A stretch of DNA of 63,442 nucleotides from a virus (Duplodnaviria; Caudoviricetes): the IMG/VR virus record IMGVR_UViG_3300032241_001905, positions 1-63,442 of that record, one strand, 5' to 3'. A program made the position numbers and the translations under genes. A model generated the notes under the pieces. It saw nothing but the letters and a program-made list of their open reading frames with translations, was not told the DNA's origin and did no database searches. Position 1 is the stretch's first letter. Every line of letters starts with the position of its first letter. Shown here piece by piece: positions 19,452-29,432 of this stretch.

Positions 19452-20156
19452 ATGATTAAATTATTAGATTTACTAAAAGAAGCATATATTAATAAACAAG
19501 GAAGTCTTATAAGTAATGCTGAATTTGTGGTTAAACAAACTGATTTTTTTGATTTAATGTTAATAGATTCAGAAAACATAAATATTAATGATTATGTTAA
19601 TTTTCAATCAAATCAAATTAAGTGGAGTAATCAAAAAGTAGCTAATTCTATTTTTAATCAAATAATGGAATTATATAAGGGAACAGCACTTGAAAAATAT
19701 AACAATACCGTTGGGTTTACCCCTTCAAAGAAAATAAATAGTGGTAATAATGTCTTTGATGCTCCAACATTAGATTTATACTTTATGAAAGGGATTGATA
19801 GAGTTGAAAATGATGTATGGAAAGAATGGTTATTATCTCCACTATATATTGAAACTCCTATTAATAAAGAAGAATATTCTTTAGAAGGCAGAACATTTCC
19901 TAGTATTCCTGGTTTTATAGATAAACCTACCACAATAGGTCCTGGTGAGAAAGCAAAAATGACCACTAACCAGAACAGTGAAGAAGGAGATATTGAAAAT
20001 AAATTGATGTATCTAAACGTAACTTATATACCTTTTATTCATGTTCCAAAATATAAAAAATCTTCACCTTCATATGATATCGAAACAAAATCTAATATTG
20101 TTGATATGTTTAATGAAGTAGGATTAGACGCAATTTCCTATACAAAAAATAAATAA
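19452..20156 (+). CDS. Hypothetical protein with MIKLLDLLKE N-terminus (possible internal head protein)
   Basis: ORF with own ATATTTAT motif; L-x-E leader. Confidence 0.55.
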   Translation: MIKLLDLLKEAYINKQGSLISNAEFVVKQTDFFDLMLIDSENININDYVNFQSNQIKWSNQKVANSIFNQIMELYKGTALEKYNNTVGFTPSKKINSGNNVFDAPTLDLYFMKGIDRVENDVWKEWLLSPLYIETPINKEEYSLEGRTFPSIPGFIDKPTTIGPGEKAKMTTNQNSEEGDIENKLMYLNVTYIPFIHVPKYKKSSPSYDIETKSNIVDMFNEVGLDAISYTKNK

Positions 20157-20221
20157 TCCCATCAGCTTGGTTAAAAAATAATCCTTTCGTATATTTATAA
20201 ATACAAACATTATAAAGTTAT

Positions 20222-20965
20222 ATGGCAGAATTAAAGTTACCAACAGAGGTTATATCGTTACCGTCAAAAGGTTTATTGTATCCTAAAGAAAGTCCATTAT
20301 CATCAGGACAAGTTGAGATGAAGTATATGACAGCTAAAGAAGAAGATATTCTTACTAATGCTAACTTCATTAGAAATCAAACAGTAATAGATAAGTTATT
20401 ACAATCTATGGTTATTACTAAAGTAAATTTTGATGATATTTTGGTAGGTGATAAAGATGCTATTTTAGTAGCAGCTCGTATTTTAGGTTATGGTAAAGAT
20501 TACGTTGTTGAATACGGTGGTAAAGAACATACTATCGACTTAACTACATTAGCTGATAAAGAATTAGATGCATCTTTAGTAAAAGATGGTACAAATGATT
20601 TTTTATTTACTTTACCTAGAACAAATAATACAGTCACATTTAAGTTATTGACACACGGTGATGAGAAAAAAATTGAAGCTGAAATTAAAGGTTTACAAAA
20701 AGTAAATCCAAATGGTTCATATGATGTTACAACACGTTTAAAATACATTATTACTTCAATAAATGGAGATCGCGAACCAAAATCAGTACGTGAGTTTGTA
20801 GACACATTATTGTTAGCATCGGACGCTAGAGCGTTACGTGAATATTATTCTAAAATACAACCAGGTATTGATATGAAGTTTATTCCAAACGACGAAAATT
20901 ATACAGGGGAGGGTATAGCGTTCACCCCAGGTATTAACTTTTTTTGGCCTGACGCTGGAGTATAG
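20222..20965 (+). CDS. Baseplate hub assembly / tail assembly chaperone (T4 gp26-like)
   Basis: LPSKG..Y, MTAKEEDIL, D..AIL..AR..YG, ends NFFWP; lies between tube and tape measure. Confidence 0.75.
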   Translation: MAELKLPTEVISLPSKGLLYPKESPLSSGQVEMKYMTAKEEDILTNANFIRNQTVIDKLLQSMVITKVNFDDILVGDKDAILVAARILGYGKDYVVEYGGKEHTIDLTTLADKELDASLVKDGTNDFLFTLPRTNNTVTFKLLTHGDEKKIEAEIKGLQKVNPNGSYDVTTRLKYIITSINGDREPKSVREFVDTLLLASDARALREYYSKIQPGIDMKFIPNDENYTGEGIAFTPGINFFWPDAGV

Positions 20966-21215
20966 ACCCCATCTATTTAAACAAATACATGAAATCGTAT
21001 TTCACGGAAATGGTGGATACGATTGGGATACTGTTTATCATATGCCTTTATGGTTACGTCGAACTACATGGAATTTAATGCAAGAATATTATAAAAAACA
21101 AGAAGAAGAACGTGAAAACCAACAAAATGCATTAAAAAACAATAAGGGTAAAAAAATAGATAAACCAAATATAAACACAACACCAGATTATACAACAAAG
21201 GCACCTAGAAAATAG
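20940..21215 (+). CDS. Frameshift extension of the tail chaperone (second-frame ORF without its own early ATG)
   Basis: +1 frame open 20919-21215 (FFGLTLEYRPHLFKQIHEIVFHGNGGYDWDTVYHMPLWLR...); overlaps the T7 run at 20939-20945; first ATG only at 21042. Confidence 0.65.
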   Translation, partial: FFGLTLEYRPHLFKQIHEIVFHGNGGYDWDTVYHMPLWLRRTTWNLMQEYYKKQEEERENQQNALKNNKGKKIDKPNINTTPDYTTKAPRK

Positions 21216-21223
21216 GTGCTTTT
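21198..21223 (+). terminator. Intrinsic terminator-like hairpin
   Basis: gcaccta-gaaaa-taggtgc followed by tttt. Confidence 0.55.
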
Positions 21224-21235
21224 ATATTTATATCT

Positions 21236-23311
21236 ATGAGATTAGACTTTACTCCACGATTACAATACGACCCAACACCGGGAGTACCGACTGCGGATGA
21301 CCTTAAAAACATGGAGACTTTAGCTGAAGAGCAAATTAAATTTAATGATGAATTAAATGCTACTAAAGATATCTATGATAAGATTACAGGAGCTGATAAA
21401 ACCATATTAGATAATTTAGGTAAAAAAATTATAAATGTTGAGAAATTAAACATTAGATATGGTTTAGGTCAAAAAATTCTTGCTGAGGTTAATAAAAAAC
21501 AAATAGATTCTGAGGTAGAGTTAAATTTATTACAAACTCAGAGAGAAAGAATATTAAAAAGAATATCAACCGCTAAAAAGGATGATGTTGTAAAGGATCT
21601 TAAAGCACAGTTAGCAAATAATTCCGCTCAACTTCAAGTTCAAAGAGCATTAGATAGCAACTTAAGATTAATTCAAGAGGCAGCTGAAGCAGAACAGAAA
21701 AAAGCAGATGAATTAAAGAGCCAAAACAGTTTAATTGATATAGCAGCTAAAAAGAGAAAAGATATTGAAGATTCAATAAGTAAATATTTTTCTTTAGCAA
21801 GTATATTTAAAATTATTATTGATGGAGCACTTAACTTTAATAAAGTATCTGTAGATATTGGTAAAAATCTAGGATATAGTGCTAGCCAAGCAGATAGAGT
21901 AGCTTCTGATTTTAAAAATTTAGCAGAAACATCAGGTGATGTATATCTTACCTTAGCTAATATAGCTGAAGCAGCTAATCAAATTAGTGAAGCAACAGGA
22001 TTTGTATCTGAATACTCAGCAGATACACTGAAAACTCAAATAATGTTAACCAAACAATTTGGATTAACAGGAGATGAGGCAGCAGGTATCTACCAATATT
22101 CAGTATTAACAGGTAAAGCTGCATCTGAGGTTAACGAAGCTATGGTTAGAGCATATGTTGCTACTAGGAACCAACTTGGTGTTGGTGTTCCATTTAAAGC
22201 AACAATAGCAGCCGCAGCTAAAGTATCAGGTGAATTAGCAGCTAACTTACAAAATAATCCTGAGGCAATAGTAAGAGCAGTAACGCAAGCTAAAGCATTA
22301 GGTACATCATTAGAACAAGTAAAAGGACAAGGTGATAAATTATTAGATTTTGAATCATCAATTGAAAGTCAACTTAAAGCTCAATTGTTAACAGGTGAAT
22401 CTCTTAATTTAGAAAGAGCAAGAGCAGCTGCATTAGCAGGTGATCAAATTACATTAGCAAAAGAACTTAGCAATCAAGGTATGACTCTTAGTAAGTTTGA
22501 ACATATGAATGTTCTAGCTAAACGAGCATACGCTGAAGCAGTAGGATTAACATCTGATCAATTATCAGATCAACTTAAAAAACAACAATTAGCTATTCAA
22601 AGCGGTAAGTCATTAGCTCAAATTACTGAAGAAGATGCATTACAAGCAGAAAAAAGAGTAGCTGTACAAGATAAATTCAATCAAGCTGTATTAAAACTAC
22701 AAGATTTCTTTGGAAATTTATTAGCAGGTCCTGTAGGAGGTTTACTAGAAGCATTAACTAATATGCTACCTATTATAGAAGATATAGGTGTAGCTTATGG
22801 TGTGTGGTGGACTATTTCTAAAGGTATTGCAATATCTCAAGCACTTTCATCTGGTAGTTTATTAGCTCAAATAAGCGGATTACCAGCATTAATAGGATTA
22901 AAAAGTACAGAAGCCGCTATTGCTACTGAAACAGCAGCCGCTACAACAGTTACTGCAGAAGCAGCAACATTTGGCGCCGCTACATTATGGATTGTAGGCG
23001 GTTTATCAGCAGTATTAGGAGCATTAGCTGGATATGGTGTTTCAAAAGCCGGTGACATGGTTAGTCCGGCAGATGGTAAAACAATGGTTTCAACTAAAGA
23101 AGGCGGATTATTTGAATTAAGTAAAAACGATGATTTGCTAGCAGGCCCTGGATTAGCCAAAGGTGGGGGTGGTGATTTATCACCGTTAGTTAGCGCTATT
23201 AACGCGGTTAAAGCGTCAGTTGATAGATTATATGCTAAAGAAGGTGTAGTTAACCTAGATGGTAAGAGGGTTGGTACATTATTAACACAAGGCTCATATA
23301 AGACAGCCTAA
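21236..23311 (+). CDS. Tape measure protein
   Basis: Long Ala/Leu-rich helical protein after the chaperone; LDFESSIE..L.TG..LNLERAR segment. Confidence 0.8.
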   Translation: MRLDFTPRLQYDPTPGVPTADDLKNMETLAEEQIKFNDELNATKDIYDKITGADKTILDNLGKKIINVEKLNIRYGLGQKILAEVNKKQIDSEVELNLLQTQRERILKRISTAKKDDVVKDLKAQLANNSAQLQVQRALDSNLRLIQEAAEAEQKKADELKSQNSLIDIAAKKRKDIEDSISKYFSLASIFKIIIDGALNFNKVSVDIGKNLGYSASQADRVASDFKNLAETSGDVYLTLANIAEAANQISEATGFVSEYSADTLKTQIMLTKQFGLTGDEAAGIYQYSVLTGKAASEVNEAMVRAYVATRNQLGVGVPFKATIAAAAKVSGELAANLQNNPEAIVRAVTQAKALGTSLEQVKGQGDKLLDFESSIESQLKAQLLTGESLNLERARAAALAGDQITLAKELSNQGMTLSKFEHMNVLAKRAYAEAVGLTSDQLSDQLKKQQLAIQSGKSLAQITEEDALQAEKRVAVQDKFNQAVLKLQDFFGNLLAGPVGGLLEALTNMLPIIEDIGVAYGVWWTISKGIAISQALSSGSLLAQISGLPALIGLKSTEAAIATETAAATTVTAEAATFGAATLWIVGGLSAVLGALAGYGVSKAGDMVSPADGKTMVSTKEGGLFELSKNDDLLAGPGLAKGGGGDLSPLVSAINAVKASVDRLYAKEGVVNLDGKRVGTLLTQGSYKTA

Positions 23312-23346
23312 TTCAATATTTATACAAGACAATAAAATTAACAAAT

Positions 23347-23697
23347 ATGCCAATACTTGATCAATTAACAACCAGTACTTTAAGTTTGAATGGTAATGGA
23401 TTTAACCCACAACGCAACAGCGCTGCTTGGGGTTATATTGATTCTACTAAAAACCTAGACCCAGCACAAAGTAAATTACAAAATACTTACGATGTTAACA
23501 GCATGCCTAATGTAAATCTTAAAGATTTTAACAAAAATGGTAAAACTGTTGTTCCTGCTGAATCTATATTAGATGAATTAGATCCTAGAGGCCCTAAAAA
23601 TTTAAGAGTAGGTGGTGGTTCAGTAGTGTCTCAGATTTACAAATCAGCACCTGGACAAAAATATAAGGACAAAGGACCTAAAGACGGACGTTACTAA
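23347..23697 (+). CDS. Hypothetical tail-module protein
   Basis: ORF in the structural operon after an ATATTTAT motif. Confidence 0.55.
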   Translation: MPILDQLTTSTLSLNGNGFNPQRNSAAWGYIDSTKNLDPAQSKLQNTYDVNSMPNVNLKDFNKNGKTVVPAESILDELDPRGPKNLRVGGGSVVSQIYKSAPGQKYKDKGPKDGRY

Positions 23698-23707
23698 AAT
23701 ATAATAA

Positions 23708-25708
23708 ATGCCTTTAGTAAATTTACAAACAAACTTAAAATCACTTAAGTACGGCACTGATATACCTGGTGGAGGAAGCAGTGGCGAACCTTATGTTCAA
23801 AACGATATAAATAATCCTACTAATTTAGTAGGACTTTATAATGATCAGTTTATTAGAGGTGGAGGAATAGGTGCAATTGAACATTCTTTGTTAGATACTA
23901 AACGTATTGGAAAGTTTTTTTTGGATTCTCCTAAAGGTCCATTATTCATAGCTAAACAAGTAGGTTTACAATTATCTAATCCTAAATTAGAAGTTAAAAC
24001 AGGTAATAATGTAAATGGATTATTAAATAATCTCCTAACAGGAGATTTAGGTAGTCTTACAAATGGTTTATTAGAACCAACTCGCCTATATAATTTAGGA
24101 ATTAACACAATAGCACAAGTACCAGTTGAGGCTTTTGGAGAACATTTTGTTAGACATGGTTTATTACCTGTACAAAATGATAGTACAAAATATGAAGCTG
24201 TTGTAACATATAACAATAATAATGACGCTAATAGATTATTACAATACACTAATAACTTTAGCTTAGGAAATCAACCAGTATCTAGAAATCCTACTCTTAG
24301 TTCATTAAGTAATTTTATTGATTCAATAAATACTTTTACTGGCCTTAATATACCTAATTTTAAAGCAACTGACACTATAATAGACAACTATGTTAGTGGT
24401 CCTAATTCAACTTATGGTATAGGAAATACACTAATTAGTAGAACTACATTTACTGCTGATGCTGATGCTATAAATAAAGCATTTAATACATCAAATCAAG
24501 TTGCCGGTTTAGCATTTAGTCCAGATGGAGATAGAAGAGGTCTTAATTATACTCGTGGATTAGGTATTAATAACCAAATTCAAGATGATGCAAATGCTAT
24601 AAGCAGTTATAGTACAGATATTCCTAATAACAATGCTGTTATTAGTAGCCAATTAAATGCTTTTACTTACAGTAATGTAAATGGAGAATACGTTCCTTTA
24701 TCTAAGACTGGCTTAGCAAATACATTAGTAAAAACTACAAGTCATAATCCATCATATGCTGCTTATCAAAAATTAATTTCAAGTAAAATTCTTACTGATA
24801 ACAGCTATAAAGATACAGATGGTACTATATTAAATCAATTTGATATTTTTAATCGTGATAGCAACGATGTAATACAACGCCCTGCAGTAAATTATCGCAG
24901 TACAAACTCAGCTATAGGATATAGAAATGAATATGGTGAAGTATTTAAAGTACCAGGATCATGGAATAAATTAGCTCGTGAAAATAGAGTAGGTAGTGGA
25001 AGACAAGATTCAATAAATTTAACTCCAATATTTACTACGGGTGCTGGTTCTTTTAAAGACAGAACAGTAACTATTAATGGAAACAAAACTACAGTAAATG
25101 ACTTAGTTAAATTCCAAATTCAAGCATTGCATACTGATTCTCCTAACAATGCTGATTGGATGGTATTTAGAGCATATCTTACTGATTTAAATGATGGAGT
25201 TAATGCATCTTGGACAGATATAAAATATGCTGGTAGAGGTGATAAGTTTTATATATATGAGGGCTTTAGTAGAAAAATGAGCGTTAGTTTTAAAGTAGCA
25301 GCCTTATCACATGATGAAATGAAACCAATGTATCAAAAATTAAATTTCTTAATGAGCAATTTAATGCCTGATTACAGCAGTGATAATTTAATGAGAGGTC
25401 CTCTTGTTAGAATGACAATTGGTAATTATATTGATGGTCAATTAGCTAAATTAGATGATGTATCATATAGAATACCTCAAGATTCACCTTGGGAAATAGC
25501 AATAAATGATACTGAATTAATATTACCTCATATTATTGAAGTAACATTATCATTCACTCCTATTGGTTCACAAACAAGAGATCAAAACTTAATAGCTAGT
25601 AAAACACCGGGTAATACAACTTCTCACATTGCTCAAAACTGGAATGGAGCAAGCGATAAAGCAGGTGAATATATAAACCCAGATAAATCAAGTGTATATT
25701 CATTATAA
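23708..25708 (+). CDS. Baseplate / tail-tube initiator-like protein (gp48/gp54-like C-terminal domain)
   Basis: C-terminal FRAYL..W....YAGR....Y.Y.GFSR..S.SF...P...MTIGN..PWE. Confidence 0.6.
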   Translation: MPLVNLQTNLKSLKYGTDIPGGGSSGEPYVQNDINNPTNLVGLYNDQFIRGGGIGAIEHSLLDTKRIGKFFLDSPKGPLFIAKQVGLQLSNPKLEVKTGNNVNGLLNNLLTGDLGSLTNGLLEPTRLYNLGINTIAQVPVEAFGEHFVRHGLLPVQNDSTKYEAVVTYNNNNDANRLLQYTNNFSLGNQPVSRNPTLSSLSNFIDSINTFTGLNIPNFKATDTIIDNYVSGPNSTYGIGNTLISRTTFTADADAINKAFNTSNQVAGLAFSPDGDRRGLNYTRGLGINNQIQDDANAISSYSTDIPNNNAVISSQLNAFTYSNVNGEYVPLSKTGLANTLVKTTSHNPSYAAYQKLISSKILTDNSYKDTDGTILNQFDIFNRDSNDVIQRPAVNYRSTNSAIGYRNEYGEVFKVPGSWNKLARENRVGSGRQDSINLTPIFTTGAGSFKDRTVTINGNKTTVNDLVKFQIQALHTDSPNNADWMVFRAYLTDLNDGVNASWTDIKYAGRGDKFYIYEGFSRKMSVSFKVAALSHDEMKPMYQKLNFLMSNLMPDYSSDNLMRGPLVRMTIGNYIDGQLAKLDDVSYRIPQDSPWEIAINDTELILPHIIEVTLSFTPIGSQTRDQNLIASKTPGNTTSHIAQNWNGASDKAGEYINPDKSSVYSL

Positions 25709-25718
25709 AATAAAATAA

Positions 25719-26024
25719 ATGAGTCGCTACAGTAATACAAACATATTAAAAACACAAAATAATACACCTTATTATCAAAGTGTAATTTATCCAAACATAC
25801 CTTTGGATATTAGTGATATCTATGTTATTACAACTGTAGGAGATAGATTAGACTACTTAGCATATCAATATTATAGAGATTCGGAATTATATTGGATAAT
25901 TTCAACAGCAAATAATAATGTAACTAAAGGTTCATTATTTCCTGCACCTGGTACTCAATTAAGAATACCAACTAATATTAGTGATATATTAAATCAATAC
26001 AATCAACTAAACAATTCTAGATAA
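25719..26024 (+). CDS. Baseplate wedge LysM/gpX/gp53-like protein
   Basis: GDRLDYLAYQYY.D..LYWII..AN..G.QLRIP. Confidence 0.82.
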   Translation: MSRYSNTNILKTQNNTPYYQSVIYPNIPLDISDIYVITTVGDRLDYLAYQYYRDSELYWIISTANNNVTKGSLFPAPGTQLRIPTNISDILNQYNQLNNSR

Positions 26025-26028
26025 TGTT

Positions 26029-28875
26029 ATGTCAATATTCAAAGATACATTTAAACAAGGCGTTCAAGACCAAATAACAGCACGTCAAAATGCTATAGTA
26101 GGTAGGAGTGTAGATTCCATGCAATATTTTAATTCACGCAATGCTTGGATTAAAATGACTTCTGCTGTAAATGTAGGAGGATCTGCTGACTTAGCAGCTA
26201 AATATATTTTACAAGGTGGTATTTTAAATTCAAAATCCAAATTAAGATCAGGACTAGGACAAGATGGTGCTTACAGCAATGTTTCACCTACAGGAAAACC
26301 TTATAGATTAGGTATTAGACCAATGCCTGGTATTAACCATATAGAAGTTAAATCAAAATCAGCATATGGTTCTTTAAGAGAAATTACAGTACATTTTCAG
26401 GCTTGGGATATTAGACAATTAGAAGATTTAGAATTATTATATATGAGACCTGGTTATTCTGTATTAGTAGAATGGGGTTGGTCTCCTTATTTAGATAATA
26501 AAGGTGCTTTACAAACAACTGTAAATTATAATGAAGTTAATATATTAGGTAATAGTGCTCCTAAAACTTCAAAAGAAGATATTTGGAAAGCTATATATAC
26601 TAAAGCCGCTAGAGACGGAAATTATGATGCTGTATATGGCTTTATTAAAAATTATAGCTGGTCAGCTCGCACAGATGGAGGATATGATTGTACTACAACC
26701 ATAATAACAATGGGTGAAATATTAGAATCATTAAAAATAAACTATGGCTCATTTGATACAAATGTAGGACAAATAGGAGCATTTAAAGTATTACCTGTTT
26801 CTTCATTTCAAACTAGTCCAAATAACGCACTTTTACTTAGTGCAGGAGTAGCAGGAGCTGGTTTAAATGGAAGTACAGGTGCTGCCTCTGCTATAGTTAG
26901 TGTTATTAATGAATCTAATTTATCCAAATCATACGCTCAAAACTTATTAGCAGGTATACTTAATGAATTATATTTAATAATGAAAGATAGTAGTCTTTCC
27001 AAGTATGCTATTGCAAATAACTTTAATGAAGGTACATTTACTGATACTACTTCGGGATATAGTTATACTTTCTTTAGATATGATTTAGATATATCTGGAA
27101 ATAATAAATTAGATAAAACTGACTTTCACAATAACACTCAAATTTTTATTAAATTAAAAGATTTTATTAATTTATTAAATACAAAAATATTACTACACGA
27201 CTCAGATCATACAAACCCTAAAGCATTAGTAGAAGTTTCAGTTACAGAAGGAACTATACACCAAACAGGAGCAGATTTATTATGTTTAAGTCACCCATTC
27301 CAATTATCAACTGACCCTTCAGTATGTTTAATAAAAAATAATAAATGGATAGATCCACAAAATAATTTCAACATAACAGTAGATAATGTTAACTTATCTC
27401 AAGTGATGAATGGATTAAAAAGTGATTTTTATAAAGATACAGCTAACGGTAGTGCACAATTAGGTGTTATAGGAAATATTTACGTTAATTTAGGTTATTT
27501 ATATTCTTTAGTTACAAATGAAGATTTAGCATCTAGAGATAAAAAGGAAAAAAATGATATTTCGGTATTTGATTTTCTAAAAAATATGCTAAACGGTATT
27601 AATACCGCTATTGGTAATGTAGCTAACCTTGATATATTTGTAGATCCTGTAGATTCTGTAGCTAGAATAATAGATGTAAACTATGTTGATTCTGCTAAAA
27701 GACAGAAAGCATATGATGATGCCTTTATTATTCAAATGCAAAATATCAAATCAGTAGTAAGATCTTATAAATTAGAATCACAAATATTTCCTGAGCAATC
27801 AACTATAGTTGCTATTGGAGCTCAAGTAAAAGGAGGAGCATTAGGTACTGATGTAAACACATTAATTGATTTTAATCAAAATTTAGAAGACAGAATCATA
27901 CCTAAAAGAGATGCTCCGCTTACTACTATTAAATCTAATCCTTTAGAAGAAGCAGAAACTAAAGTTAAAAATTTAAAAACTAATTTAAATTCTATAACAA
28001 AGTATATAAGCAAACTAGAACCAGGATTTTGGAGTAATACAGGTGACTTTAGTGTTTTAGAAGCATCTAAATATGCTAACTCTTTAAAGGACATTATTTC
28101 ATTCTATAAAGATTTAACACCAGACGACAATAAAAATAGAGCAATTATTCCTACAAAATTATCTATTGATATGGATGGTGTAGGAGGAATTATTATAGGA
28201 AATTTATTTAGAATACCAGATGATATATTACCAAGAGGATATAAAGGTGATGGTGCTGGTCCTAAAAAAATATCTTATGTTGTTACTGGTATAGGTCATT
28301 CAATTCAAAATAATGATTGGACAACTCATTTAGATGCTCAATTTATCATATTAGATGAACCTACAGGAAGCATATCAATAGCAGATGCTAATAAATTAGC
28401 AGCCTCAATAATTGGTTCTGTTAGTAATGGTAATACAATTCAAGCAGCAGCTACGTTAGCTGGTTTAACTTCTACTCCTAATGGATTAGTATATCCTGTT
28501 AAAGGTTTATTTACTATATCTTCTAAATTTGGAACTGTTAGAGCAGATGAAATACATCCTGGAACTGATATATCTGTTGGTTTAGGTACACCTGTAATAG
28601 CAGTTGAAGATGGAACAGTAATAGCATCTACTTTTAATACCCTTAATGGAAACTATATTAGAATTCAACATACAGGACAATTAGCAGGATATGATACTAT
28701 TTATCTTCACATGTCTCAACTTAATGTAAATAAAGGGGATAAAATAACTAAAGGCCAAATAATTGGACTTTCAGGAAATACTGGTAAATTAAGAGGTCCT
28801 CACTTACATTTCCAAATAGACCAAACAGGAGGAACAACAGGAATAAATCCATCTCAATTTTTCCCTGGATTTTAA
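26029..28875 (+). CDS. Baseplate hub-like protein with C-terminal M23 peptidase
   Basis: C-terminal HPGTD (HxxxD), YLHM, G.SGNTG..GPHLHF; position in the baseplate cluster. Confidence 0.75.
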   Translation: MSIFKDTFKQGVQDQITARQNAIVGRSVDSMQYFNSRNAWIKMTSAVNVGGSADLAAKYILQGGILNSKSKLRSGLGQDGAYSNVSPTGKPYRLGIRPMPGINHIEVKSKSAYGSLREITVHFQAWDIRQLEDLELLYMRPGYSVLVEWGWSPYLDNKGALQTTVNYNEVNILGNSAPKTSKEDIWKAIYTKAARDGNYDAVYGFIKNYSWSARTDGGYDCTTTIITMGEILESLKINYGSFDTNVGQIGAFKVLPVSSFQTSPNNALLLSAGVAGAGLNGSTGAASAIVSVINESNLSKSYAQNLLAGILNELYLIMKDSSLSKYAIANNFNEGTFTDTTSGYSYTFFRYDLDISGNNKLDKTDFHNNTQIFIKLKDFINLLNTKILLHDSDHTNPKALVEVSVTEGTIHQTGADLLCLSHPFQLSTDPSVCLIKNNKWIDPQNNFNITVDNVNLSQVMNGLKSDFYKDTANGSAQLGVIGNIYVNLGYLYSLVTNEDLASRDKKEKNDISVFDFLKNMLNGINTAIGNVANLDIFVDPVDSVARIIDVNYVDSAKRQKAYDDAFIIQMQNIKSVVRSYKLESQIFPEQSTIVAIGAQVKGGALGTDVNTLIDFNQNLEDRIIPKRDAPLTTIKSNPLEEAETKVKNLKTNLNSITKYISKLEPGFWSNTGDFSVLEASKYANSLKDIISFYKDLTPDDNKNRAIIPTKLSIDMDGVGGIIIGNLFRIPDDILPRGYKGDGAGPKKISYVVTGIGHSIQNNDWTTHLDAQFIILDEPTGSISIADANKLAASIIGSVSNGNTIQAAATLAGLTSTPNGLVYPVKGLFTISSKFGTVRADEIHPGTDISVGLGTPVIAVEDGTVIASTFNTLNGNYIRIQHTGQLAGYDTIYLHMSQLNVNKGDKITKGQIIGLSGNTGKLRGPHLHFQIDQTGGTTGINPSQFFPGF

Positions 28876-28885
28876 AATATAAATT

Positions 28886-29380
28886 ATGGCAGTAAGAGTA
28901 CCTTCAAATTTAATAATAACAAGTAAATATACCATTGGTAATGAATTTCTATTAGAAAGTGATCATACTAACTATCAAGGGTATTACTATGAATTAAATG
29001 GTGGCACATTTGCAGGTAAAGTATTTGATACAAATGCTCCAACTCTTATATCAGTAACCTCTAGTGCGGTAAATGATTTACTAATTAATCCACAAACATC
29101 AACTTACGGCTCCGTATCAGGGGCTAATGTTAATGTAACTAATTTTAATTCAACAGTTTATATAGGTACAGGTTTAAGATATTTTGCTAAAAGAATAGAT
29201 TCATCTCCTATACTAATAAAAGAAGTAAATGTAGATACTTATACTAAGTTACAATCTGATCCTTTCTATCAAACAATAGCTGTAAACATTCCCTCTACAG
29301 ACTCGGGAGCTGATTCTCCTGCTTTAGATCAAGCGGATCAACAAATGCCTGGATTAAAAGCTTTTGTAAATTTCAGTTAA
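28886..29380 (+). CDS. Hypothetical baseplate-cluster protein
   Basis: ORF at the end of the tail operon. Confidence 0.55.
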   Translation: MAVRVPSNLIITSKYTIGNEFLLESDHTNYQGYYYELNGGTFAGKVFDTNAPTLISVTSSAVNDLLINPQTSTYGSVSGANVNVTNFNSTVYIGTGLRYFAKRIDSSPILIKEVNVDTYTKLQSDPFYQTIAVNIPSTDSGADSPALDQADQQMPGLKAFVNFS

Positions 29381-29381
29381 G

Positions 29382-29412
29382 GTTGAAGGTCCAGATTTTA
29401 GTCTTACATTTA
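29382..29412 (+). promoter_or_regulatory. Bacteroidota-type promoter (GTTG-N19-TACATTTA)
   Basis: Resembles -33 TTTG / -7 TAnnTTTG; at the start of the replication block. Confidence 0.5.
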
Positions 29413-29432
29413 TAAGATAAAGGTTATAATAT

